Counted from the first letter of the stretch, positions 23,438 to 36,711 are shown. The stretch: 64,000 nt of DNA from an uncultured bacterium (GCA_963841935.1 CAWJEP010000005.1:5577-69576); one strand, 5' to 3'. A program made the numbers and translations. Notes: generated by a model not told the origin, from the sequence alone.

Positions 23438-24840
23438 GAAAACCTACAAACCCACAATCGGTCTGGAAATTCACGCGGAACTAAAGACGCGGACGAAGAT
23501 GTTTTGCGATTCGAAAAATGATGCCGATGAGACGCGACCGAACGTAAATGTCTGTCCGATTTGCATGGGTCATCCAGGAACATTGCCGGTCATAAACAAA
23601 GAAGCGGTCCGTCATGTTATTCGCGTCGGCGTTTCCGTCGGCGGAAAAATTGCCGACTTCACGGAGTTCGACAGGAAAAATTATTTTTATCCCGACATTC
23701 CGAAAGGCTATCAAATTTCGCAGTACAAATATCCCTTGGTAAGCGGCGGGGAATTAAACGGTGTCGCTCTCACGCGCGTACATCTCGAAGAAGACACGGC
23801 AAGCTCGACGCACGACACGGGGATTCCGCCTCGTCGGCGGATAAATTCTCGCTTGTTGATTTCAATCGCGCCGGAGTGCCTCTCATGGAGCTCGTGACCG
23901 AGCCGGTGATTCAATAGTGCTGAGCAGGCGGGAGATTTCGCCCGTGAGCTTCAATTCTTCTCCGATATCTCGGCGTCTCCGACGCGAACATGGAAAAAGG
24001 CGAGATGCGCGTCGAAGCGAACATTTCTGTAAGCGACAGCGACAAATTCGGCACAAAAGTCGAAGTCAAAAATCTAAACTCGTTTAAGGCCGTCGAACGA
24101 GCGATTGATTACGAAGTCAAACGCCACATCGAACTTCTCGAAAAAGGCGAGAAAATATCTCAAGAAACGCGCGGTTGGGACGAAGACAAAGGCAAGACAT
24201 TTTCCCAGAGACAAAAGGAAGATTCGCACGATTATCGCTATTTTCCGGACCCTGATTTGCCAAAGCTTAAAATATCGGAAATTCCCGAGAATTTCCGAAA
24301 AGGCAATAAAGAGAGAGCTTGCCGGACTTCCCTCGCAGAAACGGAACGTTACGCAAAGATTTCGGTCTCAAAGCCGCCGACATACACATATGTATCGAAT
24401 CCCGAGCTCGCGAAGTTTTTCGAAAGCGTCGCCGATGTTTGAAGAAAAAAGAATTGGTCGCGCTTGCGTCGAACTATATTATTTCTAACGATGCTTCGAA
24501 AATTTTGGCGACAATTTGGTGAAAATAATTTTGATGATTGAGAAAGGCGAACTCTCGAGTCGCGGAGCGAAAGATTTGATCACGAAGCTTTTTGAAAAAG
24601 AAGGCGATGCAGAAAAGTGGCTAGAGGAAAATAATCTTTTGCAAGTGAGCGACACGGGAGCACTCGAAAAAATCGCGCAGATAATAATTTCCGCGAATCC
24701 GACCGTCGTCGCGGATTTCAAAAACGGAAAAAGCCGCGTTTCAATTTTTCGTGGGGCAGGGAATGAAAGAAACGAAAGGCAGCGCCGACCCGAGTGAACT
24801 CGCCAAGGCGATTAAAAAAATTCTTTCGGAAATAAAATAA
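23438..24840 (+). CDS. gatB: Asp/Glu-tRNA amidotransferase subunit B (GatB), interrupted by several apparent frameshifts
   Basis: [16 protein letters not shown]...[42 protein letters not shown]-terminal GatB/YqeY-like [19 protein letters not shown]. Confidence 0.8.
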
Positions 24841-25409
24841 TGGAAACCAAATTTTCATGGAAGAAAATATTTTTTATTCTCGTCATACTTCTTGTTTTGG
24901 TCGGAATAGTTTCCGCTTTGGAAAAAACGGCGGCTTCGAACTCGGCGTTTCCGTCTCTCGAAAACTCGCTTCGCTCAAACATTCTCGATACGGAAACGCC
25001 TCCTTCTGCGCAGACGCCGAATTTGTCATATGCAACAACAACGATTACCACTCCAAACGGTACTTTTGTCGCCCAGATAGCCGACACTTTGGACAAACAA
25101 GTGCAAGGGCTCTCCGACAGGACGAGTTTGCCGGAAGGAACCGGTATGATTTTTGTTTTTTCTTCTCCCGCCATCCAATATATGTGGATGAAGGATATGA
25201 ATTTTCCTCTCGATATGGTTTGGCTCGACCAAAATAAAAAAGTTACTTACATCGCGGCCGATGTGACGCCGGAAACGTATCAAAAAAATCCTCCGGAGAT
25301 ATTTTTTTCGTCGACGCCGTCTCTTTACGTCATTGAATTGCCAAATGGCGACGCTTCGAGGCTTCACATCACTCTCGACTCGTTGCTTTCTTTTGAAACT
25401 ACTCCGTAA
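24840..25409 (+). CDS. DUF192-domain protein with N-terminal TM anchor
   Basis: QGLSDRTSLPEGTGMIFVFSSPAIQYMWMKDMNFPLDMVWLD matches the DUF192 core. Confidence 0.55.
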   Translation: METKFSWKKIFFILVILLVLVGIVSALEKTAASNSAFPSLENSLRSNILDTETPPSAQTPNLSYATTTITTPNGTFVAQIADTLDKQVQGLSDRTSLPEGTGMIFVFSSPAIQYMWMKDMNFPLDMVWLDQNKKVTYIAADVTPETYQKNPPEIFFSSTPSLYVIELPNGDASRLHITLDSLLSFETTP

Positions 25410-25567
25410 ATATTCATAAATCTCATAGTTTTTTCCGCGCGGCGAAAAATCTATGTTGCACTCGAAGTATTTTTGTTTCTTGATGGGAAATTGTGTTAAT
25501 AAACGCTTCTTTTTCCCACCCGCTCGTGTAAAATTATCCCCGAGCATTTAAAAAAAATTTTCTAGCG

Positions 25568-28168
25568 ATGAGCATCACCATAACCAAGCGCGACGGCACA
25601 AAAGAATCTTTCAACGCCGACAAAATCAACCGTTCAATCGCGCGAGCGGCGAAAGGTCTCAGCAATATCGCCGGCATGGTCGTGCAAATCGCACTCGGAA
25701 ACCAATCTAACGCTCTACGACGGCATCACGACCGACGATATAGACCAAGCGACGATATCAACGGCGGTTCAAAACATCAAAGAAGACACCGATTACGACA
25801 AAATCGCCACGAGACTTCTCTTAAAAACGATTTATCGCAAAGTCATCGGCGATTACGACAAAGATTCCGAAAAAGATTTCGTCGGAAAAACATCGCGCGG
25901 CATTCGAGAATACGTGAAAGAAGGCGTCGCTCAAAATCGCCTGCAAAAAACATGGTCGAGAAGTTCGACCTCGAACAAATCGCCGCCGCGCTCGACGTAT
26001 CGCGCGACGAACTTTTCGTTTACGCCGGACTCGACGGCTTGATGAATCGATACTCATTGAAAACTCTCGACAACGTTTTTCTTGAGACTCCGCAATTTCT
26101 TTTTATGCGCATCGCCATGGGACTTTCATACAACGAAAAAAATCCGACCGAGTGGGCGATCCGTTTTTACAATAAACTTTCTCGACATGAATATATTACC
26201 GGCGGTTCGACTAGTCTCGGCTCCGGAACCATTCGTTCATCGCTTTCCAATTGTTTTCTTTTGGAAATTCACGACGATATGGCGCACATCGCGAAGTCCG
26301 TCGCCGACGTGATGATGCTTTCCAAAGATTCCGGCGGTCTCGGCGCTTCAATCACGAAACTGCGTGCCTCCGGCTCGCCACTGAAATCCAATTTCGGCGG
26401 CGCATCATCCGGTCCGACATCTTTCGCCAAGATTATCGACGTTGCCATTCACGCCATCATGCGCGGCGGCAAGAAAAAAGGCGCGTTGTGTTTTTATATG
26501 GAAAACTGGCACTACAATTTTCCGGAATTTCTCGATTGGAGGCACAACGCCGGCGACGACCACGTCCGAATGAGGACGGCGAACACCGCGGCTTTCATAT
26601 CGGACGAATTTATGCGCCGAGTGGAGGCGGGTGAGGACTGGTATATGTTTGACCCCGCCGAAACCGGGGATCTAAACGAGCTTTACGGCGCCAAATTCGC
26701 GGAGACGATACAACGAATACGCCAAAATGGCCGATCATGGCAAACTTCGAATGTTTAGAAAAGTTCCGGCGCACGAACAGTTCCGCCAAATGCTCACCAC
26801 GCTTCAGTCGACTTCTCATCCTTGGCTTACTTGGAAAGATCCGATAAATTTGCGCGCCCTAAACAACAACACCGGTACAATACATATGAGCAATCTCTGC
26901 ACGGAAATCACTTTGCCGCAGGACAGAAACAATATTGCCGTCTGCAATCTAGCCTCGATAAATATTTCGACTCATTTGCGCGGAAGGGAAATAGACTGGG
27001 CGAAACTTGAAGAGACGACAAGAATTGCCATTCGCCAACTAGACAATCTAATCGACATAAATAATCTTTCCGTCGTTGAGGCGATGCGAAGCGACAAAGC
27101 CAACCGCGCGGTGGGTCTCGGCGTCATGGGTTTTGCCGATGCCTGCGAGAGACTCGGATATTCTTACGACAATCCGGAAGCTTGGGATTTCGCCGACAGG
27201 ATTTTTGAATTCATTTCTTATATGGCGATAGACGAAAGCGCGAATCTCGCGCGCGAGCGGGGTAATTATCCCAATTTCGAAGGTTCCGGCTGGAGCAAAG
27301 GCATGGTGCCGTTTGATTCCATCGCTGTTCTCGAAGCAGACCGCGGACAATCTTTGACTGTCGACAAGGAATCAAAACACAAAGGACTGGATTGGAATAT
27401 TTTGCGAGCCAAAGTTAAAAACGGAATGCGAAACGCCACTCTCATGGCCGTGGCGCCAAACGCGAACATTGGTTTGGTTGTCGGCACGACGCCGGGCATC
27501 GACGCTAGGTTCGCTCAAGTATTTTCCCGAAACAAAATTTCCGGAAAATACATGGACCTCAACCACAATCTCGTCAAAGAACTCAAAACCGCCAATCTTT
27601 GGGACAAAGTAAAAGGAAAAATTATCGAAAGCCAAGGAGACATTTCTGGTATCGAAGAAATTCCGCAGAGGATAAAAGATATTTACAAAACTTCTTTCAC
27701 CACGTCGCCTTACGCCTATATAGAAGTCGCCGCCCGAGCGCAGAAATGGGTGGACCAAGCGCTATCGAGAAATATGTATCTTGAGACTCGGGATGTGGAA
27801 GAGACGATGAAAATTTACAGGACGGCGTGGGAGAAGGGAGTCAAGACCACGTATTATCTCCATATGAAACCTCGCCACACCGCCGAGCAATCCACGGTCG
27901 CCGTCAACAAAGCCGTGCAAATCGGCAAAGTAGGATTTGGCGGAGTGAAAATGAGCAGCGGAAAATCTTTCAAAAGCGCCTCAGACATTCTCTATGCCGC
28001 TTCAGAAGACTTTGGAAATGGACGGCATACCGAAAAGTTGAAGAGAAAAAATTACCGGAGCCGGTTGTCGAAAGGAAAGCCGAGCCATCGTTCAAAGTCA
28101 TAAACGGCAGAAAAGTTTTCGCCCCGAGCGACCCGTCGGAAGAAACCATCTGCGATGCCTGTCAATAA
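25568..28168 (+). CDS. nrdA: Class I ribonucleotide reductase alpha subunit (NrdA) with N-terminal ATP-cone, interrupted by apparent frameshifts
   Basis: ITKRDGTKESFNADKINRSI (ATP-cone). CFLLEIHDDM. NLCTEITLPQD. GLGVMGFAD. C-terminal tail ends ...ETICDACQ*. An Arg-rich stretch around 25700-25950 is out of frame. Confidence 0.8.
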
Positions 28169-29165
28169 TTTTATGCTAATAGGAAAAGCTTCACCGGAAG
28201 ACGTAAATTTGCATCCCTTGCGCTACAAGTGGGCATATGACTTCTACAACCAAGCCGTGCGCAACACTTGGTTTCCGCACGAGATTCCGCTCAAGGAAGA
28301 CCTCGACGATTGGCAAAAAATGACCGCCGACGAACAGCACGCGGTAAAATTCGTCATGGCATTTTTCAATCCGGCCGAGCTCGTGGTCAACCGCGTCCTC
28401 GCCCTCGGCGTTTATCCGTATCTAAAGTCTCCGGAATGCCATCTATATCTCGCGAAGCAAATGTGGGAAGAGGCGAATCATTGCGTGGCTTTCGAATATG
28501 TTCTAGAAACTTTTCCTTTCGACAGGGAAAAAATCTACAACATCCACCTTGAAGTGCCTTCGATGAAAGCCAAAGAGGCTTTTATTTTGAAATATCTCAA
28601 GCGAATGACGGATACGAAACTCGACGTCGAAACGGTGGAAGGTAAAAAAGATTTCATCAGGAATCTCATCGTCACGAATATCGTGATGGAGGGCACGTGG
28701 TTTTATTCCGGATTTATGGTCATGCTTTCTTTCCGCCAGAGAAACAAACTCCGCAATTTCGGCTCAATGATAAATTGGGTTTTGCGCGATGAGTCTCTGC
28801 ATCTTAAATTCGGCATAAATCTCGTTCATAATATTTTGGAAGAGAACGCCGAGCTTTTGACCGAAGATTTCGCGAATGAAATTCGAAACCTCGTCATTGA
28901 AGGCGTCGAGCTTGAGACGGCGTACAACAAAGATTTGTTTCCGAAAGGCATCCTTGGACTCAATGCCGACTATGTGAATCAATACGTGCAATACGTCGCC
29001 GACAGGCGACTAGAAGAACTCGGCCTTCCTATATACTACAAAGCGACGAATCCGGCGAAATGGATGGCGACATCGACAGATGTCTTCGAACTCGTGAATT
29101 TCTTCGAAGCTCAAAACACGAACTACGAAGTGGACTCTCACGCGAGCGAAAAGAAGAAAGAGTAG
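28155..29165 (+). CDS. nrdB: Class I ribonucleotide reductase beta subunit (NrdB)
   Basis: Intact 336-aa ORF with the diiron ligand regions EEANHCVAFEY and VMEGTWFYSGF. Confidence 0.9.
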   Translation: MPVNNFMLIGKASPEDVNLHPLRYKWAYDFYNQAVRNTWFPHEIPLKEDLDDWQKMTADEQHAVKFVMAFFNPAELVVNRVLALGVYPYLKSPECHLYLAKQMWEEANHCVAFEYVLETFPFDREKIYNIHLEVPSMKAKEAFILKYLKRMTDTKLDVETVEGKKDFIRNLIVTNIVMEGTWFYSGFMVMLSFRQRNKLRNFGSMINWVLRDESLHLKFGINLVHNILEENAELLTEDFANEIRNLVIEGVELETAYNKDLFPKGILGLNADYVNQYVQYVADRRLEELGLPIYYKATNPAKWMATSTDVFELVNFFEAQNTNYEVDSHASEKKKE

Positions 29166-29207
29166 GGAACTATGGATTTTTTTTATTTTCCGTTGTATTA
29201 TATTTTA

Positions 29208-29540
29208 GTCTTTGTCGGGCAGTCGCTCCGCCTCATCGGCGGAGAGGAAAGTCCGAACACACCTCCGCCTCATCGGCGGAGAGCAAGGTAGCGGGTAACG
29301 CCCGTCCGGAGCAATCCGAGAGGTGAGAGCAGAAACGCCGACGCCGAAAGGCTAGGGCTCCTTAGGGAGTTGTCGCGCAGAGATGCGCGGATGAAACGGC
29401 AAAATCCTTACCCGTGTGCAAGGCCGTGTCCGTAGCAATACGGAAGTGCCGCTTGAGGTTGTCGGCAACGACAATCCCAGAAAGATGGCTGTCGTTCGCC
29501 GATGAGGCGAATACAGAATTCGGCTTATAGACAGAGACAT
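29208..29540 (+). ncRNA. rnpB: RNase P RNA (bacterial type A)
   Basis: GAGGAAAGUCCG. AGCAAGGUAGCGGGUAACGCCCGUCC. GAAACGG. ACAGAAUUCGGCUUAUAG. P1 pairing GUCUUUGUC (29208-29216) with GACAGAGAC (29530-29538). Confidence 0.75.
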
Positions 29541-29543
29541 ATG

Positions 29544-29573
29544 AAAAGGCCCCGCCAAAGGCGGGCGCCTTTT
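29544..29573. terminator. Bidirectional intrinsic terminator after rnpB
   Basis: AAAAGGCCCCGCC aaag GCGGGCGCC UUUUCUCUU. The stem has one bulge. A-run upstream and U-run downstream. Confidence 0.55.
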
Positions 29574-29638
29574 CTCTTGCTGGGGTTTGCCGTATCTAAT
29601 ATACTAAAGGGCACTATTATTAGGTTAAAAGCATTATT

Positions 29639-31942
29639 ATGAATCAGAATAAATCAGTCCTCGATTCCGTTTCTTTCTATATTTTCCAGGCTCTATTGTT
29701 TCTTATTCCAGTGTTTTTCGTGCCGTCCTCGTCGGTGCCGTTCAACACCGCGAAAACCGCTCTGGTAGTTTTGGGAGCGCTCCTGCTTCTCGTGGTATAT
29801 CTTGTCGCTCGAATAAAAGAAGGAGCTTTCTCTTTCCCTCGCGCTTGGGCGTACGGCAGCGTCGTCATATTGCTTTTAACTTACGCTCTTGCCGCTTTTT
29901 TCTCCGGCAACATGGGGCTCTCGATATTCGGCCAAGGTCTCGACCAAGGTTCGCTTGTCTCTATCGTCGCCCTGGTTATCTTGTTCCTTCTTGCCCCGCT
30001 TGTTCTCAATAGTGACGAAAAAGTTTTCTATTCATACATAGTGCTGTTCGTCTCTTTCTTTGTCGTGGCATTGTTCCAAGTCATCCACCTTATTTTTCCG
30101 GGTTTTTCGCTCGCCGCATTCACTTCTCCGACGGCCAATATGATAGGCGCGTGGGACGATCTATCTATCTTCTTCGGTCTTGCCACAATGCTTTCAATGC
30201 TTACCCTGGAAAGAATATCGCTTTCAAAGCTAGCTAGAACGTTTGTCTACATATGCCTTATTGTCTCGCTGGCCTTTCTTGTCCTTATCAATTTCTCCCA
30301 AGTATGGATAGTTATCGCCATTTTTGCTCTCGGTTCTTTGATTTATAGTTTTTCCTTCAACAGGAAAAATCCCGACCGCCGATTTCCGGTCCGCGCTTCG
30401 ATAGTCCTTGTCATTTCGCTTGTCTTTGTCTTTTTCGGCTCGTCACTTGGAAACGTCATTGCCAATACCACCGGCACTTCGGAAATAGCCGTGCGCCCGT
30501 CTTGGAGCGCCACGGCCGCCATATCGCAGGAGACTCTTTCAAGCCACGCTCTTTTCGGAGTGGGTCCCGACCGCTTCGTTTCCGCGTGGCTATCGGACAA
30601 GCCGTCGGGAGTCAACAGCACGATTTTCTGGAATGTTGATTTCAATTATGGCATAGGCTTTATTCCGAGCATGCTCGTTACCGTCGGGCTCATCGGCATT
30701 CTTGGAGCGTTAGCATTCATTCTTTTGTTTCTCATCAAAGGCGTGCGGGCGGTTTTCTCTCCGACAAAAAATTCCGTCGGCGCCTACCTTTTGGTTTCGA
30801 CACTCTCCGCCGCGGTCTACCTCTGGGTCTTTGTCTTTACTTCCGTGCCGAGCGAAACCCTTTTGGCTTTGGCATTTATCTTCAGCGGCCTGTTCATCTC
30901 CGCCGCCGTTACTCAAGGCATCATAGCGTCCAAAACGTTCGCGTTTCTCGATAACCCGGTGAAAAATTTCGTTTCCATTCTTCTCACGGTCCTTGTCATC
31001 GTCGGCTCCATAGCTCTGGGATATTCCGTAACGACCAAGGTCATTGCCGAAATTGATTTCCAGCACGGCACCAACATTCTTTCGGCCTCAGGCAACCTTG
31101 ATCAAGGTGAAGCTTACGTCACCAAGGCTTTCGCCATGAATGCCGACCCTCGCTTCACTCGCACCATAGCGGATATTTATCTTGCCCGCATATCAAATCT
31201 TCTGCAGTCAACCACGACGCCTCAATCCCAAGCCGCCGCGCAGTTCCAGGGCGATCTCTCTACCGCCATCCAAGCGGCCCAGCGCTCCGTGTCTCTCGAT
31301 CCGACGGATTATCAAAACTATCTCGAGCTGGCCAAAGTTTACGGCGCCGTCGTGTCGCTCAAAGTAAGCGGCGCCTATGACGCGTCGAAGTCGGCCTACA
31401 CGACGGCTCTGTCCCTAAATCCTCAGGACCCGGAGATTTACTACGACCTAGCGCAGCTTGACATCGCTAACGGCGACAATGCCACCGCCGAGACCGACGC
31501 GACCAAAGCCATAACGGAGAAAAACGATTACGCCGACGCCATATACCTTCTCTCGCAGATCTACATTCAGGAGAATAATCTTCCGCAGGCAACGAATGCC
31601 GTCAAAGCTCTTGCCGTATTGTCTCCGACTGACGCCGGCACGTTCTTTGAGCTCGGACTTCTCGAGTACAATCAAAGCGATTACACTGACGCGGCGTCTG
31701 CCCTCAATCAGGCCATCACACTCTCGCCGGGCTACGCCAACGCCGAATACTTCCTGGGCCTCTCCGATTATTATCTGAAAGACAGTACCGACGCCATTGC
31801 CCAATTTACGGCTCTTGCCGCCGCAAATCCGACCAGCACGTCCGTTGCTTCTATCCTTGCCAATCTCAAAGCCGGCCGTGCTCCGATTCCTCCGGCGACT
31901 TCCACGACCAAAAATTCCTCGTCTCTTCCTGTAGCTCAATAA
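29639..31942 (+). CDS. O-antigen-ligase-like (Wzy_C) polytopic membrane protein with C-terminal TPR repeats (767 aa, intact)
   Basis: About 12 hydrophobic segments. [11 protein letters not shown] is a Wzy_C-type motif. The C-terminal ~230 aa are TPR-like. Paralogous in architecture to 10033-12464. Confidence 0.5.
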   Translation: MNQNKSVLDSVSFYIFQALLFLIPVFFVPSSSVPFNTAKTALVVLGALLLLVVYLVARIKEGAFSFPRAWAYGSVVILLLTYALAAFFSGNMGLSIFGQGLDQGSLVSIVALVILFLLAPLVLNSDEKVFYSYIVLFVSFFVVALFQVIHLIFPGFSLAAFTSPTANMIGAWDDLSIFFGLATMLSMLTLERISLSKLARTFVYICLIVSLAFLVLINFSQVWIVIAIFALGSLIYSFSFNRKNPDRRFPVRASIVLVISLVFVFFGSSLGNVIANTTGTSEIAVRPSWSATAAISQETLSSHALFGVGPDRFVSAWLSDKPSGVNSTIFWNVDFNYGIGFIPSMLVTVGLIGILGALAFILLFLIKGVRAVFSPTKNSVGAYLLVSTLSAAVYLWVFVFTSVPSETLLALAFIFSGLFISAAVTQGIIASKTFAFLDNPVKNFVSILLTVLVIVGSIALGYSVTTKVIAEIDFQHGTNILSASGNLDQGEAYVTKAFAMNADPRFTRTIADIYLARISNLLQSTTTPQSQAAAQFQGDLSTAIQAAQRSVSLDPTDYQNYLELAKVYGAVVSLKVSGAYDASKSAYTTALSLNPQDPEIYYDLAQLDIANGDNATAETDATKAITEKNDYADAIYLLSQIYIQENNLPQATNAVKALAVLSPTDAGTFFELGLLEYNQSDYTDAASALNQAITLSPGYANAEYFLGLSDYYLKDSTDAIAQFTALAAANPTSTSVASILANLKAGRAPIPPATSTTKNSSSLPVAQ

Positions 31943-31964
31943 TTTTGCTAGAGTGCGTGAACGT

Positions 31965-33753
<1,789 letters not shown>

Positions 33754-33905
33754 TGCGGGCGGGAGAATAGTTTTATCTAGTCCATAGAGCCGGAAAATAG
33801 AGGGCGATCATACCTAGAACCATAATGATGGAAATCACGCCCCAGACGTAGCCCATGCGTTTTCTGTGTTTTGGATTGAGTAACATACGATATAATATAG
33901 CATAA

Positions 33906-34286
33906 ATGAACGAATTTAAAAAAAGGCAGCGCCTAAAGAAAATAATTTACTCGCGCGCTATTGTCATACTTCTAGTCATAATCGCGCTCCTTGTCGCCAG
34001 AGGAGTTTGGGACATTTTTTGGAAATACAAAGGAAGCGTTTCGGACGAACAAGAACTCAAGGCCGAGCTTGCGTCACTTACTAGCCAGGAGACATATCTG
34101 GCGTCATCGACGGCAGAACTTCAAAGCCCGAGCGGTCTAACTTACGAACTTCAGGAGAAATTCGGCGCCGTTTTGCCGGGCGAAAAGGAAATCGTTCTCG
34201 TAAATACCTCGACCTCCGGCGCGGCGCAAAGCTCTACGCCGTCCGGCTTCTTTGGCCGCATCTGGAATTGGATTACAAACCTCTAA
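33906..34286 (+). CDS. FtsB/DivIC-like septum formation initiator family protein
   Basis: A single N-terminal TM (AIVILLVIIALLV) followed by a coiled-coil segment (ELKAELASLTSQETYLASSTAELQ). Confidence 0.45.
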   Translation: MNEFKKRQRLKKIIYSRAIVILLVIIALLVARGVWDIFWKYKGSVSDEQELKAELASLTSQETYLASSTAELQSPSGLTYELQEKFGAVLPGEKEIVLVNTSTSGAAQSSTPSGFFGRIWNWITNL

Positions 34287-34317
34287 ATATGCGAGATGCG
34301 AGAATCGAAACCCGATG
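34285..34317. repeat. Partial direct duplicate of the tRNA-Gly 3' end (T-arm/acceptor)
   Basis: AAATATGCGAGATGCGAGAATCGAA at 34285-34309 is identical to 34328-34352, which spans the tRNA 3' end. After that the two copies diverge (ACCCGATG versus CTCGCGCCCGATG). Confidence 0.6.
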
Positions 34318-34332
34318 TAAATTACTGAAATA

Positions 34333-34403
34333 TGCGAGATGCGAGAATCGAACTCGCGCCCGATGCTTGGGAAGCACCAGTTCTACCACTAAACTAATCT
34401 CGC
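34333..34403 (-). tRNA. tRNA-Gly (anticodon CCC)
   Basis: GCGAGAT acceptor pairs perfectly with ATCTCGC. Anticodon loop UUCCCAA. T-arm GCGAG-UUCGAUU-CUCGC. Folded by hand. Confidence 0.7.
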
Positions 34404-34457
34404 GGATTTTTCATCGATATGATACACTATTTTCATAAGAGTTAATCATTTCAATCG

Positions 34458-34694
34458 ATGAAACCAGTCACTATATATTCAACTCCCACCTGCGTATATT
34501 GCAAAGGAGCAAAAGAATTTTTCAAAGCAAACGGTATTTCTTATACCGAAGTAGATGTCGCCGCCGACGCCAAGAAAAGGGAAGAGATGATAGACAAAAG
34601 CGGCCAAATGGGCGTGCCTGTCATCGAAGTCGGCGAAGATATCGTGGTCGGTTTCGACAAGAAGCTTCTCTCGCAACTCCTCGGAGTCAAGTAG
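34458..34694 (+). CDS. Glutaredoxin-like / NrdH-redoxin family protein
   Basis: 78 aa. CVYC active site (TPTCVYCKGAKEFF). Thioredoxin-fold length and pattern. Confidence 0.7.
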   Translation: MKPVTIYSTPTCVYCKGAKEFFKANGISYTEVDVAADAKKREEMIDKSGQMGVPVIEVGEDIVVGFDKKLLSQLLGVK

Positions 34695-34701
34695 TTTTTT
34701 C

Positions 34702-34773
34702 GCCCTCGTAGTTCAATGGATAGAACGGCTCACTCCTAACGAGCTGATGTAGGTTCGATTCCCACCGGGGGCA
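34702..34773 (+). tRNA. tRNA-Arg (anticodon CCU)
   Basis: Acceptor GCCCTCG/CGGGGGC with one G-U pair. Anticodon loop CUCCUAA. T-loop TTCGATT. Hand fold, with one mismatch in the T-stem. Confidence 0.65.
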
Positions 34774-34784
34774 CATTTTTGGCG

Positions 34785-35216
34785 CTAAGAAAAATCCGTA
34801 CCATCGGTGTTGTCGGGCGGTTTTTTGGCTTTAATTCGAGGTATGAAACTCTCCATTTTTATTTCCGAAACATTTCCGAAAGTTTTGGCGCCAAAATACA
34901 ACGCAACTATGAAAATAATGGTCAGTGCTTGGTCCGTAACAAAAAGCGCGGTTAAATTCGTCTTCGCGAACTCGATCGCGTGGTTTTCAAAATAAATAAG
35001 TGCGACAAAGGATACTATTATATCCGTGGCTATCGTCCAATGCCTTTTTGGTTTTGTCAGTCCGGCCAAAATCGCCAAGATAACGATGCCGAGTATCATG
35101 ATACTTGAGCTTTGGGGAAGAACGGTGCTGAAATATGGATAAGTCAGTAGCATTATTACCGCTCCCGCGACGAAAAGTTTGCGCACGACGTCGCCGTAAT
35201 ATTCTTTTTGGTGCAT
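34785..35216 (-). CDS. Hypothetical polytopic membrane protein
   Basis: 143 aa with 4 predicted hydrophobic helices. No motif recognised. Confidence 0.4.
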   Translation of the reverse strand: MHQKEYYGDVVRKLFVAGAVIMLLTYPYFSTVLPQSSSIMILGIVILAILAGLTKPKRHWTIATDIIVSFVALIYFENHAIEFAKTNLTALFVTDQALTIIFIVALYFGAKTFGNVSEIKMESFIPRIKAKKPPDNTDGTDFS

Positions 35217-35285
35217 AAAATATGATGCCGTTCCAGAATTTTAATGATTACAGCCTAGCCATACCGATTTTGATATAATAAAGCC

Positions 35286-35848
35286 ATGCTAAAAAATCTT
35301 GCCGTTTTGGACCACTCGATTTTCTACTGGTTTTACGATTTTTCCGGCCGACTACTCGGTGGCTCGATTTTCTCATCGTTTTTTGCGGCGAATATTTGAT
35401 TTTCCTTGTCGTTCTTTTTGTCTTTTGGCACGCCTATCGAATGTGGCAAAAAGGCGGCATGAGAAATCTTTTGCCCTATGCCGAAGCCGTCGTGTCGGTA
35501 TTTCTAGCGCGACTCGTAGTCGAGCCGGCGATTCATTTGTTTTACGACAGAGTTAGGCCTTTTGTCGCTCTTTCGCTCGCGCACAATCTGATAGTGGACA
35601 CGGCGCAATCTTTTCCGTCGGGACACACCATCGTGATGTTCGCATTGGCAACGTCTATTTATTTTTACGACAAAAGGTTTGCTTGGTTTTTGTATTTTCT
35701 CGGCGTAGTCATAGGTATTGGACGAATAATGGGCGGCGTGCATTATCCATCCGACATTTTGGGCGGCGCGGTTCTCGGCATTCTCGTCGGCGCTCTCGTA
35801 TACTTTGTTTCGAAAAAGATTTTGAAAAACCACCCCAGTTTGCTATAG
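35286..35848 (+). CDS. PAP2-family phosphatase (undecaprenyl-diphosphatase-like), one apparent frameshift
   Basis: SFPSGHT and GGVHYPSDIL (PAP2 motifs C2/C3). The N-terminal ~37 aa (MLKNLAVLDHSIFYWF...) are in frame 0 and the rest is in frame 2 from about 35396. Confidence 0.6.
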
Positions 35849-35918
35849 TATTTTCATGACGCCGGAAGAAAAAGACCTTTTGCAAAAGACGCTTTCGCTC
35901 TCGTAAGAGAACAACGAA

Positions 35919-36155
35919 ATGCTCAAGAAAATGAAGGGCTCGCAGAGAGCCAACAATATTATGCGCTGGGCGTATTGGATTCTCATTATCGTGCTTTCCG
36001 TGGCGTCATTTTGGCTCATACAGCCTTATATAGACAGTCTTCAAGAGGCTTCAAGCATAGGCGACACGGGGACTTCCGTGTCGCCGGCGCCGTCGAGCAG
36101 TCTGAACTTGAATCAGATTATCAACGATTACAAGCAGGCGACACAGACTCAATAG
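35919..36155 (+). CDS. Hypothetical small membrane protein
   Basis: 78 aa with a single TM (WAYWILIIVLSVASFWLI). Confidence 0.3.
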   Translation: MLKKMKGSQRANNIMRWAYWILIIVLSVASFWLIQPYIDSLQEASSIGDTGTSVSPAPSSSLNLNQIINDYKQATQTQ

Positions 36156-36174
36156 TTTTAGGAAAATTAAATAT

Positions 36175-36250
36175 GCCGAGATAGCTCAGTTGGTAGAGCG
36201 TCCGCCTGAAGAGCGGTAGGTCCCCGGTTCGACCCCGGGTCTCGGCACCA
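36175..36250 (+). tRNA. tRNA-Phe (anticodon GAA)
   Basis: GCCGAGA/TCTCGGC acceptor. D-stem GCTC/GAGC. Anticodon loop CUGAAGA. T-arm CCCGG-TTCGACC-CCGGG. 3' CCA is encoded. Confidence 0.75.
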
Positions 36251-36252
36251 AA

Positions 36253-36711
36253 TTACGACGACTTAACTTTTAGTTTGTTCTGCTTGGCTTTGTTTATTTT
36301 GGCTAGGCGAATGGTGAGCAGGCCGTTTTTTTCCGTGGCTTCCGATTCATCCACGTCTATTTCTTCAGGCAATGTCACCGTGCGGGCGAAAGTGCCCCAA
36401 TAGAGTTCTTTGTGGTAATAATCTTTTTCTTCGACTTCGGAGGACGCTTCGCGCGTGCCTTTTATGGAAACCATCGAGCGAGTGATGTCGATGTCGAGAT
36501 TTTCCGGACGAATGCCGGCCACCATGGTTTTCACTATAATTTCCGTCGGCGTGTTGTAGACATCGACAGGAAGTTCGCCGTCCACGGCATCTTCATCAAG
36601 TAGAACTCCTTCGCGCTCTTCCTCGACCGATTCATTCAAATCCAAATCATCCTCGTCGGCCTTGACGGTGCCGGTCAGTCGCTCGAAAAAAGATCTTTTT
36701 TGTTTGCTCAT
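36253..36711 (-). CDS. Hsp20/alpha-crystallin family small heat-shock protein
   Basis: Alpha-crystallin domain pattern (VDVYNTPTEIIVKTMVAGI ... LPEEIDVDESEATEKNGLLTIRL). Confidence 0.75.
   Translation of the reverse strand: MSKQKRSFFERLTGTVKADEDDLDLNESVEEEREGVLLDEDAVDGELPVDVYNTPTEIIVKTMVAGIRPENLDIDITRSMVSIKGTREASSEVEEKDYYHKELYWGTFARTVTLPEEIDVDESEATEKNGLLTIRLAKINKAKQNKLKVKSS

Noticed and set aside
25400-25567. Possible NrdR box or operator upstream of nrdA (palindromic CCGCGCGG flanked by T5/A5)
   Set aside because: No tandem 16-bp NrdR-box-like palindromes are recognisable. The short GC palindrome alone is not convincing.
29352-29558. 68-aa minus-strand ORF
   Set aside because: Lies inside the RNase P RNA gene.
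33776-33886. 36-aa minus-strand hydrophobic peptide (MLLNPKHRKRMGYVWGVISIIMVLGMIALYFPALWT)
   Set aside because: Plausible small membrane protein, but too short to support without conservation data. Not called.
34285-34352. CRISPR-like short repeats (GCGAGATGCGAGAA)
   Set aside because: Only two copies. The sequence is tRNA T-arm/acceptor-derived. There are no regular spacers.
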